Part shown: positions 54,735 through 63,754 of the stretch, piece by piece
Position numbering within the stretch: the first letter of the stretch is position 1
Layout: every line of letters starts with the position of its first letter
Source: a virus
Virus record (IMG/VR): IMGVR_UViG_3300029951_000013
Coordinates: 1 to 64,000 of that record
Direction: 5' to 3' (one strand)
DNA: 64,000 nt
The notes under the pieces: generated by a model
What the model saw: only the letters and a program-made list of their open reading frames with translations
The model's database searches: none
What the model was told of the DNA's origin: nothing
Position numbers and translations under genes: made by a program

Positions 54735-54992
54735 TCAGCCTCCCGGGAGGATCAGGCCGTTCATCTTGGCCACCTCGGCGCGGATCTGGTCGGCCCAGCG
54801 CAGGGCGTCGTCCTTGGCCAGCAGCACCGAGACGGTGGTGTTGGGGACGCGCACCGCCAGGGCCAGCCGCTGGCCGCCGAGGGTCGGCACCACCTCGGTC
54901 ACCAAGAAGGCGGGCACCTCGCCGACGAAGGGGTGGTCCAGGTCGCGCCAGGATCCCGGCTGGGCCCCGGTCACGAGCGGAGGAGTTGTCAT
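54735..54992 (-). CDS. Hypothetical protein
   Basis: ATGA coupling. Confidence 0.5.
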   Translation of the reverse strand: MTTPPLVTGAQPGSWRDLDHPFVGEVPAFLVTEVVPTLGGQRLALAVRVPNTTVSVLLAKDDALRWADQIRAEVAKMNGLILPGG

Positions 54993-55393
54993 CGGCCACC
55001 GTCCACGTAGAGACCGACCGGGTATCGGACATGCGTCGAGTCGTACCGCTTGTTGGCGTCGGACATCCGCTGGATCTGGAAGTCGACCGGCAGTCCGGTT
55101 CGCTGCCTGCCCAGTTCGGACAGGGCCGCGCACATCAGCGACCACATCGGATTCGTTCGAGACGGCTTGACCAGCTTCGGGAACAGCGCGTCGAACTGGG
55201 CGTCCGGCAGAATCAGCCGAAGGTCGACGTCTCGCCACGTCGTGCTAGTGGCTGACGAGCCAACGAGCATCGGGAACGAGTCGAAGGCGTCGTTGACCTC
55301 GCGACCGAACGCGTCCAGATGAAGTGACGCGGGCATTCCGACGCCGATGGGGCCGACACCTCGGCTCGGGCTGCGGCGTTCGGTACCTGTCAC
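54989..55393 (-). CDS. Minimal nucleotidyltransferase-fold protein
   Basis: LVGSS.....WRDVDLR and a later VDFQ acidic residue (GS..DxD..D). Confidence 0.7.
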   Translation of the reverse strand: MTGTERRSPSRGVGPIGVGMPASLHLDAFGREVNDAFDSFPMLVGSSATSTTWRDVDLRLILPDAQFDALFPKLVKPSRTNPMWSLMCAALSELGRQRTGLPVDFQIQRMSDANKRYDSTHVRYPVGLYVDGGR

Positions 55394-56013
55394 TTCGCCA
55401 GCACCGCCTGGAAGAGGCCGACCTGCTCGTGCCGTTCGATCTGCCAGCCCGCCCGGCGCAGCAGCGCAGCGTAGCCGTCCATGTCCCAGGCCCAGGCGTG
55501 CTCGGGGCAGTGGTTGCCGGGCCCCTCGTTCCACGGGCTGGAGCACACCAAGCGCTTCGACCCGGCACGCACCCAGCGCAGGACGTCCTCCGGGTCGGCA
55601 ACGTGCTCCAGCACCTCGGTCATGACCGAGACCTCCCCTAGAGCCGCCTCGGACCGGCCTGCACCGAAGACGTCCAGGAGTTCGGCGTCCACCCCGCGCT
55701 CCCGCCAGCCGGCTTCGTTGGACGGCTGGAAGTCGTAGCCCCAGTGCAGTTGATCCGGCATCCCTTTGAGCAGGGAGAGAAGTCCGCCGTCTCCGCATCC
55801 CAGATCGGAGACGGTGACCCAGCCGTCCTGGCCCTCAGGGCGCGAGATGTCAGCGTGCAACTCGTAGACCGCCTGCCGGACGAACCCGGCGGCCGTCTCC
55901 AGCCGTGGCCGGTGGTGGTCCTGCTCCAGGTGCGGGGCCCGCTCGCGGTCGGCGTGGAACTGGGCGGTGGAGACGTGCGGCACCTCTTCGGTGAACAGCC
56001 GGTGCTCGGTCAC
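55390..56013 (-). CDS. Class I SAM-dependent methyltransferase
   Basis: DLGCGDGG; EVLEHVADP. Confidence 0.85.
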   Translation of the reverse strand: MTEHRLFTEEVPHVSTAQFHADRERAPHLEQDHHRPRLETAAGFVRQAVYELHADISRPEGQDGWVTVSDLGCGDGGLLSLLKGMPDQLHWGYDFQPSNEAGWRERGVDAELLDVFGAGRSEAALGEVSVMTEVLEHVADPEDVLRWVRAGSKRLVCSSPWNEGPGNHCPEHAWAWDMDGYAALLRRAGWQIERHEQVGLFQAVLAK

Positions 56014-56185
56014 GCGACCCACTTCCCGATGATGGCGAGGATCTCGGCAGGGTCCACCAGATCAGCAGTCGTCCAGTTCCCGTCATCATCCGGCACCTGG
56101 TGCTCCCGGCACAGTCCGATCACCTGATTCAATGCCCCGGCCAGACCAGACTGTCCTGCTACCGCCGTGGGCCCTGCTCGCTCCG

Positions 56186-56371
56186 TCATGGCGCGGCGTC
56201 CTTCGTCTTGTCGGGCCTGCCACCAGGACAAGTCGTACCGCCTTCGGCGGTCTGGCGGTTGTGCGCCGTGATCCGGGCCTCGCGCGGCCCGAGGGTCCGC
56301 ACATCACCGCAGACTGGGCAGTAGAACCGGCGCAGGATCCCGCGCGGTCGGCGCGCGTAGGTCTGGGTCAC
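56186..56371 (-). CDS. Small Zn-ribbon protein
   Basis: CPVCG...H...CPGG. Confidence 0.5.
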   Translation of the reverse strand: MTQTYARRPRGILRRFYCPVCGDVRTLGPREARITAHNRQTAEGGTTCPGGRPDKTKDAAP

Positions 56372-56901
56372 AGCGACCGCCCGGTCTTCAGGTCGACCGG
56401 GTCCAGAACGGTCCTCAGTCGGTAGAGGTCGCCCGGCGTGGCGTAGCCCGGCCAGCGGCCGTCGGCGAAGAGGTGCCAGCCGCCGTCGGCCGCCGCGCGG
56501 TCGGCCAGCTGGGAGCAGATCATGTGGCCTGTATCGCCGATGTACTCCCGTAGCCCCGGTGCCGGGAGGTGCAGCCGGTGTGCGGCGATCGCGGCGTAGT
56601 CGAGGAACGAGTACGGCACGCCGAGGTACGCCTCTGCTGCTGCGGCCACGGCCGACCCGTACTGGACCGGGCAGTGCAGCCAGGCCACCGTGTTCGAGGC
56701 GTACTCGGCCAGGGCCGCCTTGCGCGCGCCGCTGGGTTCGGCTTCCACGATCCAGCCGTTCCCGGTGTAGACGAACGCGTGTTCGTAGTTCACAAAACCG
56801 TCACCGTCGAGCCACTGAGCAGCCCTGATGCCCAGGCCCACGCCACTCTGGATCTGAGTCAGCCCGATGTCCCCCGGACTCGGCGTGTAGAGGTCGACCA
56901 C
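56368..56901 (-). CDS. Permuted NlpC/P60 (YiiX-like) hydrolase
   Basis: PGDI, HAFVY.G.G.IVEA, G.PY, ICSQL, TPGDL. Confidence 0.8.
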   Translation of the reverse strand: MVDLYTPSPGDIGLTQIQSGVGLGIRAAQWLDGDGFVNYEHAFVYTGNGWIVEAEPSGARKAALAEYASNTVAWLHCPVQYGSAVAAAAEAYLGVPYSFLDYAAIAAHRLHLPAPGLREYIGDTGHMICSQLADRAAADGGWHLFADGRWPGYATPGDLYRLRTVLDPVDLKTGRSL

Positions 56902-56916
56902 GGTGCGCTCCCAGTC

Positions 56917-58095
56917 TCAGATGTTGTCGCCGTCGGCGACGTAGACGAACCGCAGGGACGAGGCATCGGCCCCGTCAGTCACCAGGAAGGTGGCGGCCGT
57001 CCTGTTGTTCTTCCTGGTGCAGCCCTCGTACAGAGCGAGCTGCCGGACCAGCGGTGCCGTGGCGTGGTAGGCGTGCTTTCCGGTCAGGTCGCAGTTCCGG
57101 TAGGCCACCATGCCCGGGTTGGTGTAGTCCGAGGTGACCAGGGCACTGCTGAACGGCTCGAAGCCGAGCGCGGTGTCCGAGCAGCCGTCGAAGACGACCT
57201 GGCCGTTCCACAGGGAGGTGATGACCCGGTGGGTGGCGTTGCGCAGCTCGAACCGGACGTCCCGGACGGCCAGCTTCTGGACGGAGTCGGCATGGCCCGC
57301 TACCGGGAAGTCGAAGAACTGGCTGATTCCGCCGTCGGCCCGGGTGCCCTCCAGGATGTAGCTGCCGCCCTGGCACTTCACGAAGCCGCCGCGGTCCATC
57401 CGGATGAAAGTGCCCGAATTGAACTCGATCTTGCAGTCGTTGAACCAGTAGTTGAGGAACTGGTCCTGCTGGCTGATCGCAGGCTGCATGCCGCCGTAGA
57501 GGAAGGCGATGCCGTAGTCCCCGCCGACCTGGCAGTTGTTCCAGCCGAACTCCGAGTTGAGGTTGTTGCCGTCCAGGCCGATGCCGTAGTTCCAGGTGCC
57601 GCGCCACTCGACGTTGTCGAAGCCCCAGTCCTGGGCCCCGGTGCTGGCGTAGCTGTAGAGGAACTCCGCACCGGAGGCCGCGCCCCGGAAGGAGCAGTCC
57701 CTGATCCGGACACCCATCCAGCGGTCCTGGTTGACGAACAGTGGACCGGGGCCGGTCTTGACGATCTCGCTGGTCCGCTTGCCGAGGCCGGTGATGGTCA
57801 GGCCCTCGGCCCGGCCCGGCTTGGCGACCATGATGGTGCCGGACACCGGGTAGGACGCACCGGACAGCAGGACCACGGCCGTGCACACCGGTACGCTGCC
57901 GCCCTCGTCGGAGGCGAGGGACCCCTCCAGGTCGTCCATCAGAGCGGTGAAGGCGGCGGTCCAGTCGACCGGATCCTGCCCGCCCGCCACGTAGTCCTCA
58001 GGGCGAAGCACCAGGGCCTGGCGGCCCAGCAGGGTCTGGACGGTCGACGTCAGTGCGGCGAAGTCGGCTTCGGTCGGTACGGATACGGCGCTCAT
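56917..58095 (-). CDS. Beta-helix (pectin lyase-like) protein, possible depolymerase
   Basis: Repeating F.NC/DC.F strands after a DWTAAF..L motif. Confidence 0.6.
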   Translation of the reverse strand: MSAVSVPTEADFAALTSTVQTLLGRQALVLRPEDYVAGGQDPVDWTAAFTALMDDLEGSLASDEGGSVPVCTAVVLLSGASYPVSGTIMVAKPGRAEGLTITGLGKRTSEIVKTGPGPLFVNQDRWMGVRIRDCSFRGAASGAEFLYSYASTGAQDWGFDNVEWRGTWNYGIGLDGNNLNSEFGWNNCQVGGDYGIAFLYGGMQPAISQQDQFLNYWFNDCKIEFNSGTFIRMDRGGFVKCQGGSYILEGTRADGGISQFFDFPVAGHADSVQKLAVRDVRFELRNATHRVITSLWNGQVVFDGCSDTALGFEPFSSALVTSDYTNPGMVAYRNCDLTGKHAYHATAPLVRQLALYEGCTRKNNRTAATFLVTDGADASSLRFVYVADGDNI

Positions 58096-58499
58096 GACCA
58101 AGTCCTGGAGGCGAGTAGGGCGGCGGCGGCCCACACAGCGGGGGCGACCAGCCAGGGATCGGGGATGCCGGTGGTCAGCGCGACCGCGGCGGTGAGTGCC
58201 CCGGCCAGCCACCCCGAGCAGCACCAGGGGCAGCTGACCAGTTCGGCCAGCCAGTGGGGAGACCAGTCCGCCCGGTTGACGTAGCGGTTCTCTACGCCGT
58301 CGACCGCCTGGTGGACGAACGGCTCCCCGTCTCCGGCCGTTCTCCGGAGCAGCGCCCACTCTGGTTCAGTCAGTGGCCGCCAGCCGCCTGCAAGGCGGTC
58401 GCGCACCCACAGCACCGGCGGGAAATCGTCCTTCGTGACGATCCGCGCGGCCCGGTAGGTGGTAAGCGCCATCAGGACCAGGAGGAGTGGCAGGCTCAT
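58092..58499 (-). CDS. DUF1360-like membrane protein
   Basis: YR..RIVT.D...R...ELV.CPWC.S.W. Confidence 0.75.
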   Translation of the reverse strand: MSLPLLLVLMALTTYRAARIVTKDDFPPVLWVRDRLAGGWRPLTEPEWALLRRTAGDGEPFVHQAVDGVENRYVNRADWSPHWLAELVSCPWCCSGWLAGALTAAVALTTGIPDPWLVAPAVWAAAALLASRTWS

Positions 58500-58807
58500 A
58501 CGGCTTCCCTCAGACCGGGGCACTGAGCGGCCAGTTCGCCGTCCGCCCAGGAGTGCTGCGCGTGGACCTCTTCGGCGTACCAGCGGGGACAGGGCAGCGC
58601 CAGCATGTCGCTGCTCCGGCGCTGGGAACGCATGTGCTGGTTCAGAGGCCATCCCTCGGAGTCCAGGTGCGCGCCGCGGTTCCGGTTGAAGTCGGCCAGG
58701 GCCTGCTCCGGATCGACCGCACTTCCGGCAGCGCAGGCAGGAGGCTCGGCACTACGCCCTGCGTACTTCTCCTGGATGTGGCGGAGCCCCCGCTGGAGGG
58801 CGCTCAC
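58496..58807 (-). CDS. Hypothetical protein
   Basis: Coupled to both neighbours. Confidence 0.45.
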   Translation of the reverse strand: MSALQRGLRHIQEKYAGRSAEPPACAAGSAVDPEQALADFNRNRGAHLDSEGWPLNQHMRSQRRSSDMLALPCPRWYAEEVHAQHSWADGELAAQCPGLREAV

Positions 58808-59169
58808 GCCTGGACGGCTGGTGCCGGTGCAGGCGTGCGCTTCACCAGGGTCACCGGGGTGACGTGGCCTCGGGAGATCAGCATCAGGAGCGCGAGGACG
58901 AGGCCGTTGACGGCCCCGACGACCCCTGGGCTGATGGAGAAGTGGAAGGTGGCCAGCAGGTCGACGGCGGCCACGACCAGGCCGGTGAAGGCGGTAGGTG
59001 CCAGCGGCCGGGTGAGGACGGCGGCCACGACGGCGAAGACAGCGGTGATGATCGCGGTGATGGCCCCGGCCTGGTCGGTCGTCAGACCGACGTTCAGGGT
59101 CACCACCACGGAGAGCACGGCGGATATGAAGGTGGTGATCAGGACAGGCTCGTTGCCCAGCGGCTTCAT
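58804..59169 (-). CDS. Holin-like multi-TM protein
   Basis: EPVLI start, four TM segments, R..VTP end; AAGGA RBS. Confidence 0.6.
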   Translation of the reverse strand: MKPLGNEPVLITTFISAVLSVVVTLNVGLTTDQAGAITAIITAVFAVVAAVLTRPLAPTAFTGLVVAAVDLLATFHFSISPGVVGAVNGLVLALLMLISRGHVTPVTLVKRTPAPAPAVQA

Positions 59170-59226
59170 CGGGATCCTTCTCTCGGTTGGCAGCAGTATG
59201 ACCCGAGTGTTTTCAAGATCTGTCCG

Positions 59227-61599
59227 CTAGCCGATGGCCCGGGAGGCAGCCTTGCTGCCGAGGCCGGACCGGCCGGTACCCCTGGAAGTGGTGTGCACCA
59301 GTTTCTGCCCCCAGGCGTTCCAGACGCTGTTGTGCACCAGGATCCCGTTGGCGAAGAACTCCGGAACTTCCTCCACCGTCAGGTCATAGACCGGCCGCCT
59401 TCCTACGGGCTCGGAGATGCGCTCCACAGGAGTTGGAGCAAGTCGCGGGCACGGGCCGGTACTTGCTCTGCATGAACCCGGCGCCGCAGACGGGGCATTC
59501 AGCAGGCACCCTGTACCGGTCAGCCCGGTCGGACATACGCCGGTTGCAGGCTCGGGAGCAGTGCCGCGACTCTCCGGCATGCCGGGTCGAGTAGGTCTTT
59601 CCGCAAGCCTCGCAGGCCGAAGTGCGGGCCTCCCGGTTCGCGTAGCTGGCAGTAGCCTGCTGGGAATGCCAGGTCCGGCCTTCGTCACTCCGGTGCCAGT
59701 CCACGGCGAGGCCCCGGATAGCGTCCAGGTGGGCCAGCCACTCGGCGCTTCCCCGGTCGAAGTCTCCGGGATGTATCCGGGAATGCTCAAGGCGGGTGAC
59801 GCACTGGAGGTTGGACGGGTCGTTGTTGAGAGGATCGAAGTCGACGTGATGGATGACGCAGCCGCGAGGTACACCGCTCGCTCCGTGAGCCGCCTTCCAC
59901 ACCTCGGTATGGAGTTGACCGACGCCCCGAAGCCGTTTCCCGTCGGCGTAAGCGGTGTAGTAGACCCGGGCCGACCTGTGTCCAGATGCCGGATTCCGGC
60001 TGTAGGTGATGCCGTTGAAGACCACGGACTCCTTCTCGGATGCCATGCCCCCAGTCTATCGCCCCAGACTATGGCGTCCAGTCTTACGAACCCTTTGCCG
60101 AGCACCCAGACCCGATGGTTGGCCGTCCCGGTAAGGGGGCCCGCAGGGGTGTCCACGCGGATGACCTCCTCGCTGGAGGACGTCATCCAGGAGCGCAGAA
60201 CGCGCCGCCAGCCCTGTCGCGTCATTACCTGGTCGTCCGTAGTCACCGCTTCGATCGGGACCGGCCCCCGGCGGGTGGTGACCAGGGTCCCCGCTACAAG
60301 GCAGGCGTCCAAGTGGTCCGGAGACCAGTCGAGTTCGGGGTACCAGGTGGTCATCTGATCTTCCAAAACTTCGAAGACGCCGGCATGCCTCCAATACCCC
60401 TGTGAGGTCAGAGCGCTGACAGGCTGCGCCCGGATCGCCTTGCCCCGGGTGGCCGTCACGATCCGGATGGGGATGTTCACCCCCATGGCCTCGGCGGCCG
60501 TCCGGAGAGTCGAGACGCACATGGCCCCGCCGTAGTTGGTCTCCACGAAGATCTCGTCCGCGTTCCAGTCCACGGCCGCACTGACCGCCTTCCGGCCCCA
60601 CCCGTCCGGAGACAGGTGGCAGCTCCGGTCGTCCAGGACGAAGCCCTGGTGGCGGGCCCTGGACGGAGGGAGCGTCAGACCTTCCTCAACGGGCATCACC
60701 GGAGGCAGTAGCAACCTCTTCGACTTGCCTACCACGATGATCCCCTGCTCCCCGGCTCCACCTGACGGGTCTACTCCGATCGAGATGCGGCCGAGATCCG
60801 GGACCGACCCTGCGTCGATGCGGGCGGCATCAATCGTGGACCGCTTCCACAGGGCGTTCTCGTCCTCGTCAATCACCAGGCCCAGGAGTTCCTGCCGACC
60901 GAGTTGCGTCCCGCCGTACGCGTCCTCCAGTGCTTCCCTGATCGACAGCGGCAAGTGCGGGTTGTCGTACATGGACGCCCGCGTAACGACGGTGTCCCGG
61001 ATGCCGTTCGCTGCCAGTTTCCGGATCAGGTCCCGGGGCTTGGGTGTGGTGGACCCGACCCAGTGCGGGTGCGGCCCGGCGCGCAAGCCGAACCTCATGT
61101 GGTCCCAGGCGTCCGCCAGGTACCGCCAGGCAGCTAGCTCCTCAGCCCAAACAGAGCACCGGTTCCCGCCAGAGCGGAGGCGCTCCACGTCATCGGCACT
61201 GTTGGCGCCGAACAGCTTGGCCTCGGAACCGTTCGGCCAGATCACGGTGAGCCCGCCGGGCCGCTGCACCATCCGGGCCGTCGGGTCGTGGGCGCGTATT
61301 CCGGACGGCCCTGCGAAGCAGGATGTGGCGGCATCGCCCAAGGTCGGCGCGATGATGCCGACCCAGTGCGGGACGGGGCCGGGCAGGCATGCGGGGCCCT
61401 TGACGTGCTCCACGATGTGGTTGGCGCAGACGTCCGTCTTCCCGGCACCGCGTCCGGCGAGCAGCAGCCAGCCGTACCAGTCCCCCGGCGGGGTCACCTG
61501 GTGCGGCAGCGGGGTCCAACGCGGCGAGCGCAGCTCGGCGACCCGCTGGGCCAGCAGGTCGGCCGCCTTGCGGGCGACTATCTCAGCGTCACCGGGCAT
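59227..61599 (-). CDS. terL: Terminase large subunit containing an intein
   Basis: AGRGAGKT Walker A, WAEE Walker B, TTPKP, GVDPS, ETNYGG; spliced product restores SPDHLDA|SVW. Confidence 0.92.
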   Translation of the reverse strand: MPGDAEIVARKAADLLAQRVAELRSPRWTPLPHQVTPPGDWYGWLLLAGRGAGKTDVCANHIVEHVKGPACLPGPVPHWVGIIAPTLGDAATSCFAGPSGIRAHDPTARMVQRPGGLTVIWPNGSEAKLFGANSADDVERLRSGGNRCSVWAEELAAWRYLADAWDHMRFGLRAGPHPHWVGSTTPKPRDLIRKLAANGIRDTVVTRASMYDNPHLPLSIREALEDAYGGTQLGRQELLGLVIDEDENALWKRSTIDAARIDAGSVPDLGRISIGVDPSGGAGEQGIIVVGKSKRLLLPPVMPVEEGLTLPPSRARHQGFVLDDRSCHLSPDGWGRKAVSAAVDWNADEIFVETNYGGAMCVSTLRTAAEAMGVNIPIRIVTATRGKAIRAQPVSALTSQGYWRHAGVFEVLEDQMTTWYPELDWSPDHLDACLVAGTLVTTRRGPVPIEAVTTDDQVMTRQGWRRVLRSWMTSSSEEVIRVDTPAGPLTGTANHRVWVLGKGFVRLDAIVWGDRLGAWHPRRSPWSSTASPTAGIRHLDTGRPGSTTPLTPTGNGFGASVNSIPRCGRRLTERAVYLAAASSITSTSILSTTTRPTSSASPALSIPGYIPETSTGEAPSGWPTWTLSGASPWTGTGVTKAGPGIPSRLLPATRTGRPALRPARLAERPTRPGMPESRGTAPEPATGVCPTGLTGTGCLLNAPSAAPGSCRASTGPCPRLAPTPVERISEPVGRRPVYDLTVEEVPEFFANGILVHNSVWNAWGQKLVHTTSRGTGRSGLGSKAASRAIG
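59329..60303 (-). mobile_element. Intein (325 aa) in TerL
   Basis: N-terminal CLVAGTLV, block B T.NH, C-terminal VYDLTVE...FFANGILVHN followed by Ser. Confidence 0.9.
59384..60046 (-). CDS. HNH endonuclease with Zn fingers, nested out of frame in the intein
   Basis: LH..VW...G...IHHVD.DPLNN.P.NLQ.V...EH..IH; four CxxC/CxxxC motifs. Confidence 0.85.
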   Translation of the reverse strand: MASEKESVVFNGITYSRNPASGHRSARVYYTAYADGKRLRGVGQLHTEVWKAAHGASGVPRGCVIHHVDFDPLNNDPSNLQCVTRLEHSRIHPGDFDRGSAEWLAHLDAIRGLAVDWHRSDEGRTWHSQQATASYANREARTSACEACGKTYSTRHAGESRHCSRACNRRMSDRADRYRVPAECPVCGAGFMQSKYRPVPATCSNSCGAHLRARRKAAGL

Positions 61600-61619
61600 G
61601 GGCCCATGATGCCCGTGGA

Positions 61620-62087
61620 TCAGGCCTCGGCCTTCCGGCGGCGCTTCCGCTCGTGCCGGTGCCTGCCCTTCTCGGCCGCACTGATCTTCCGACGGGTGGC
61701 CGCTGACAGGTGGTGGTGGCTCTTGCTGCGCCGGGACTCCCGGGCCCGGCGCTTGCCCTTCTCTGCCAGACTGATCTTCCGGCGGGTGGCCGCAGACTCC
61801 CGGTGACCCCTGTGCGGGTGCCGCTTGCCTAGGCGCTCCGCCCGCTCCTTCGCCCGGGTCGCCAAGGACTGCTTGTGCCCCTTGTGCGGGTGCTTTCTGC
61901 CGAGGCGCTCGGCCCGCTCCTTGGCCCGGGTGGCCGCCGAGGCCTTGTGGCCGCGGTGCGGGTGGTGCCTGCCGCGCTCGGCCGCACTGATCTTCCGGCG
62001 GGTGGCCGCAGACTCCGGCCGCCTGGCACGCCGGGCGCGGTGCGGGCCATCAGGCAGGGTCCCCGGTATCGGATATGACCTCGCCAT
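61620..62087 (-). CDS. Very basic protein of NUMOD3-like repeats (start uncertain)
   Basis: Five repeats of S.ATR.K followed by ISAAE.G or ERAERLG. Confidence 0.6.
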   Translation of the reverse strand: MARSYPIPGTLPDGPHRARRARRPESAATRRKISAAERGRHHPHRGHKASAATRAKERAERLGRKHPHKGHKQSLATRAKERAERLGKRHPHRGHRESAATRRKISLAEKGKRRARESRRSKSHHHLSAATRRKISAAEKGRHRHERKRRRKAEA

Positions 62088-62643
62088 CGATCGCTGACAG
62101 CTTCGCCTGGGCAGCCTCCAGGGCGACCATCCGCTGCCTGGGGTCCAGGTTGATGGCACCGAGCCCGGCCAGGATCGCCTCCACCACGACGGTGGCCTCC
62201 AGGTCGGTGCGCTGCTCGAAAGCTATGGTCAGCGACGGAGAGGCGTCCAGGCCGTGGCGTTTGGAGTACCGCTCGCTGATCCGGCCGAGCCGGTCGATCG
62301 CCGCCATGTTGGGGCCGAAGTCACGGACCGGGTTTCCGTCGCGGTCCGTGACGACCTTTCCGCCCTGGATGAGCGGATGGCGGCCGGCGAGGATGGCGTA
62401 CAGGGTGCGCCGCATACCGTCGTCGCGCTCGTCCTCGATCTGGCGCAGCATCTCGACACTCTCGGCGAGTTCGGCGCGGTGCTGCGCCAGGGCCCGGGAT
62501 ATGTCCATGTACGCGGCGGCTTTGTCACCGTGGTAGTGCTCCGCCATCTGGTCGGCGATCTGCTGGTAGGTGAAGCCGCTGCGCTTCAGCTCGATGGCCT
62601 TGGTCCGCCGTGCCGCCAGGTGCGCCTGGTCTCCGGTGCCCAT
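62050..62643 (-). CDS. Terminase small subunit (HTH)
   Basis: AIELKRSGFTYQQIAD...AIDRL..I.ER.SK..GLD; AGGAGG RBS; TACACT -10 upstream. Confidence 0.75.
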   Translation of the reverse strand: MGTGDQAHLAARRTKAIELKRSGFTYQQIADQMAEHYHGDKAAAYMDISRALAQHRAELAESVEMLRQIEDERDDGMRRTLYAILAGRHPLIQGGKVVTDRDGNPVRDFGPNMAAIDRLGRISERYSKRHGLDASPSLTIAFEQRTDLEATVVVEAILAGLGAINLDPRQRMVALEAAQAKLSAIDGEVISDTGDPA

Positions 62644-62706
62644 GGGGAACCTCCTGGTCGGGGTCGCCCTTAGTGTAGGAGCGACCGCGCGGACGGAAGG
62701 ACGCTG

Positions 62707-63675
62707 ATGGGGATCTACGGTGCCGACTGGGCCGACTACCAGTCCGCCAGGCCCTCGACCGCCGGACTGGCCTACGGCTTCACGAAGGTCAGTGAGGGCC
62801 TGGGCTACGTCAACCCGGAATGGGCCTCGCAGTACCGCACCGCCGTAGCGGCGGGACTCGTGCCGGGGAAGTACCACTATCCCCACATGGCCAACGCGGC
62901 CTCGGCCGAAGTCGACTACTTCCTGGCGCACGCCGACGTGCGGCCCGGTGACCTACTGGCTCTGGACTGGGAGGGCAACGGCCCCGGCGAGGCCAACGCC
63001 GGGCTGCCGGACTCACAGCTGGCCGCCTTCAAGGACGACTGGCTGGCCGAAGCCAAGGCCCGCTGCCCGGAGAACCCGGTGGGCCTGTACTGCGACAAGT
63101 CCTTCTGGCTGGACATCGATACGACGTCCTACTGCCAGGACTTCCTGTGGATCGCCACCGCCGGCGTGGCCGCCGGCGAGCCCGGCATCCAGTACCCCTG
63201 GCTGTTCCACCAGTACGGCACCGCCGCCGGAGCGGACGCCGACTACTGCCACCTGCCGTCCGCCGCGGCCCTGCGCGCCTGGGCCGCCACCTTCCAAGGA
63301 GTACCCCCCGTGGCCCAGACCCTGACCCCTGAAGACCTGACCGCCCTCCAGAACCTGATCATGTCCGGGCCCGTCCGGGACAACCAGGCGTTCGCCGACC
63401 TCTACTGGCTCAACAGGGCCCTGGACCCGTCCATCACTTTGTCGGCCGCTGCCGAGGCGACCGGCGTGGGCCAGCAGGTCGTGGCGATCCGCAAGGTGCT
63501 GGCCGGCCAGCAGGCCGCGCAGACTGCCGCGCTGGCCAGGGTCGAGACGGCGCTGGCCGCCCTCCAGGCTGCCGTGGGCGCGGGGGGCACCCTGACCGAG
63601 GCCCAGGCCACCGCTGCGGCGCAGGCCGGGGCCACCGCTGCTCTCGGCATCCTGGGAAAGGACCTGAGCGCCTGA
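62707..63675 (+). CDS. GH25 muramidase endolysin
   Basis: G.D.A.YQ, K.SEG..Y.NP, G.YHY, LDWE, LWIA, W.FHQY. Confidence 0.9.
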   Translation: MGIYGADWADYQSARPSTAGLAYGFTKVSEGLGYVNPEWASQYRTAVAAGLVPGKYHYPHMANAASAEVDYFLAHADVRPGDLLALDWEGNGPGEANAGLPDSQLAAFKDDWLAEAKARCPENPVGLYCDKSFWLDIDTTSYCQDFLWIATAGVAAGEPGIQYPWLFHQYGTAAGADADYCHLPSAAALRAWAATFQGVPPVAQTLTPEDLTALQNLIMSGPVRDNQAFADLYWLNRALDPSITLSAAAEATGVGQQVVAIRKVLAGQQAAQTAALARVETALAALQAAVGAGGTLTEAQATAAAQAGATAALGILGKDLSA

Positions 63676-63682
63676 GTCCGGA

Positions 63683-63728
63683 CAGCAAGGAGCCCTGCCT
63701 CATCCCAACCAGGCAGGGCTCCTTGCTG
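63683..63728. terminator. Hairpin between convergent genes, probable bidirectional terminator
   Basis: CAGCAAGGAGCCCTGCCT...AGGCAGGGCTCCTTGCTG, perfect 18-bp stem. Confidence 0.75.
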
Positions 63729-63754
63729 ACTGTGTTCCTCGACCAGGGCCGAGC

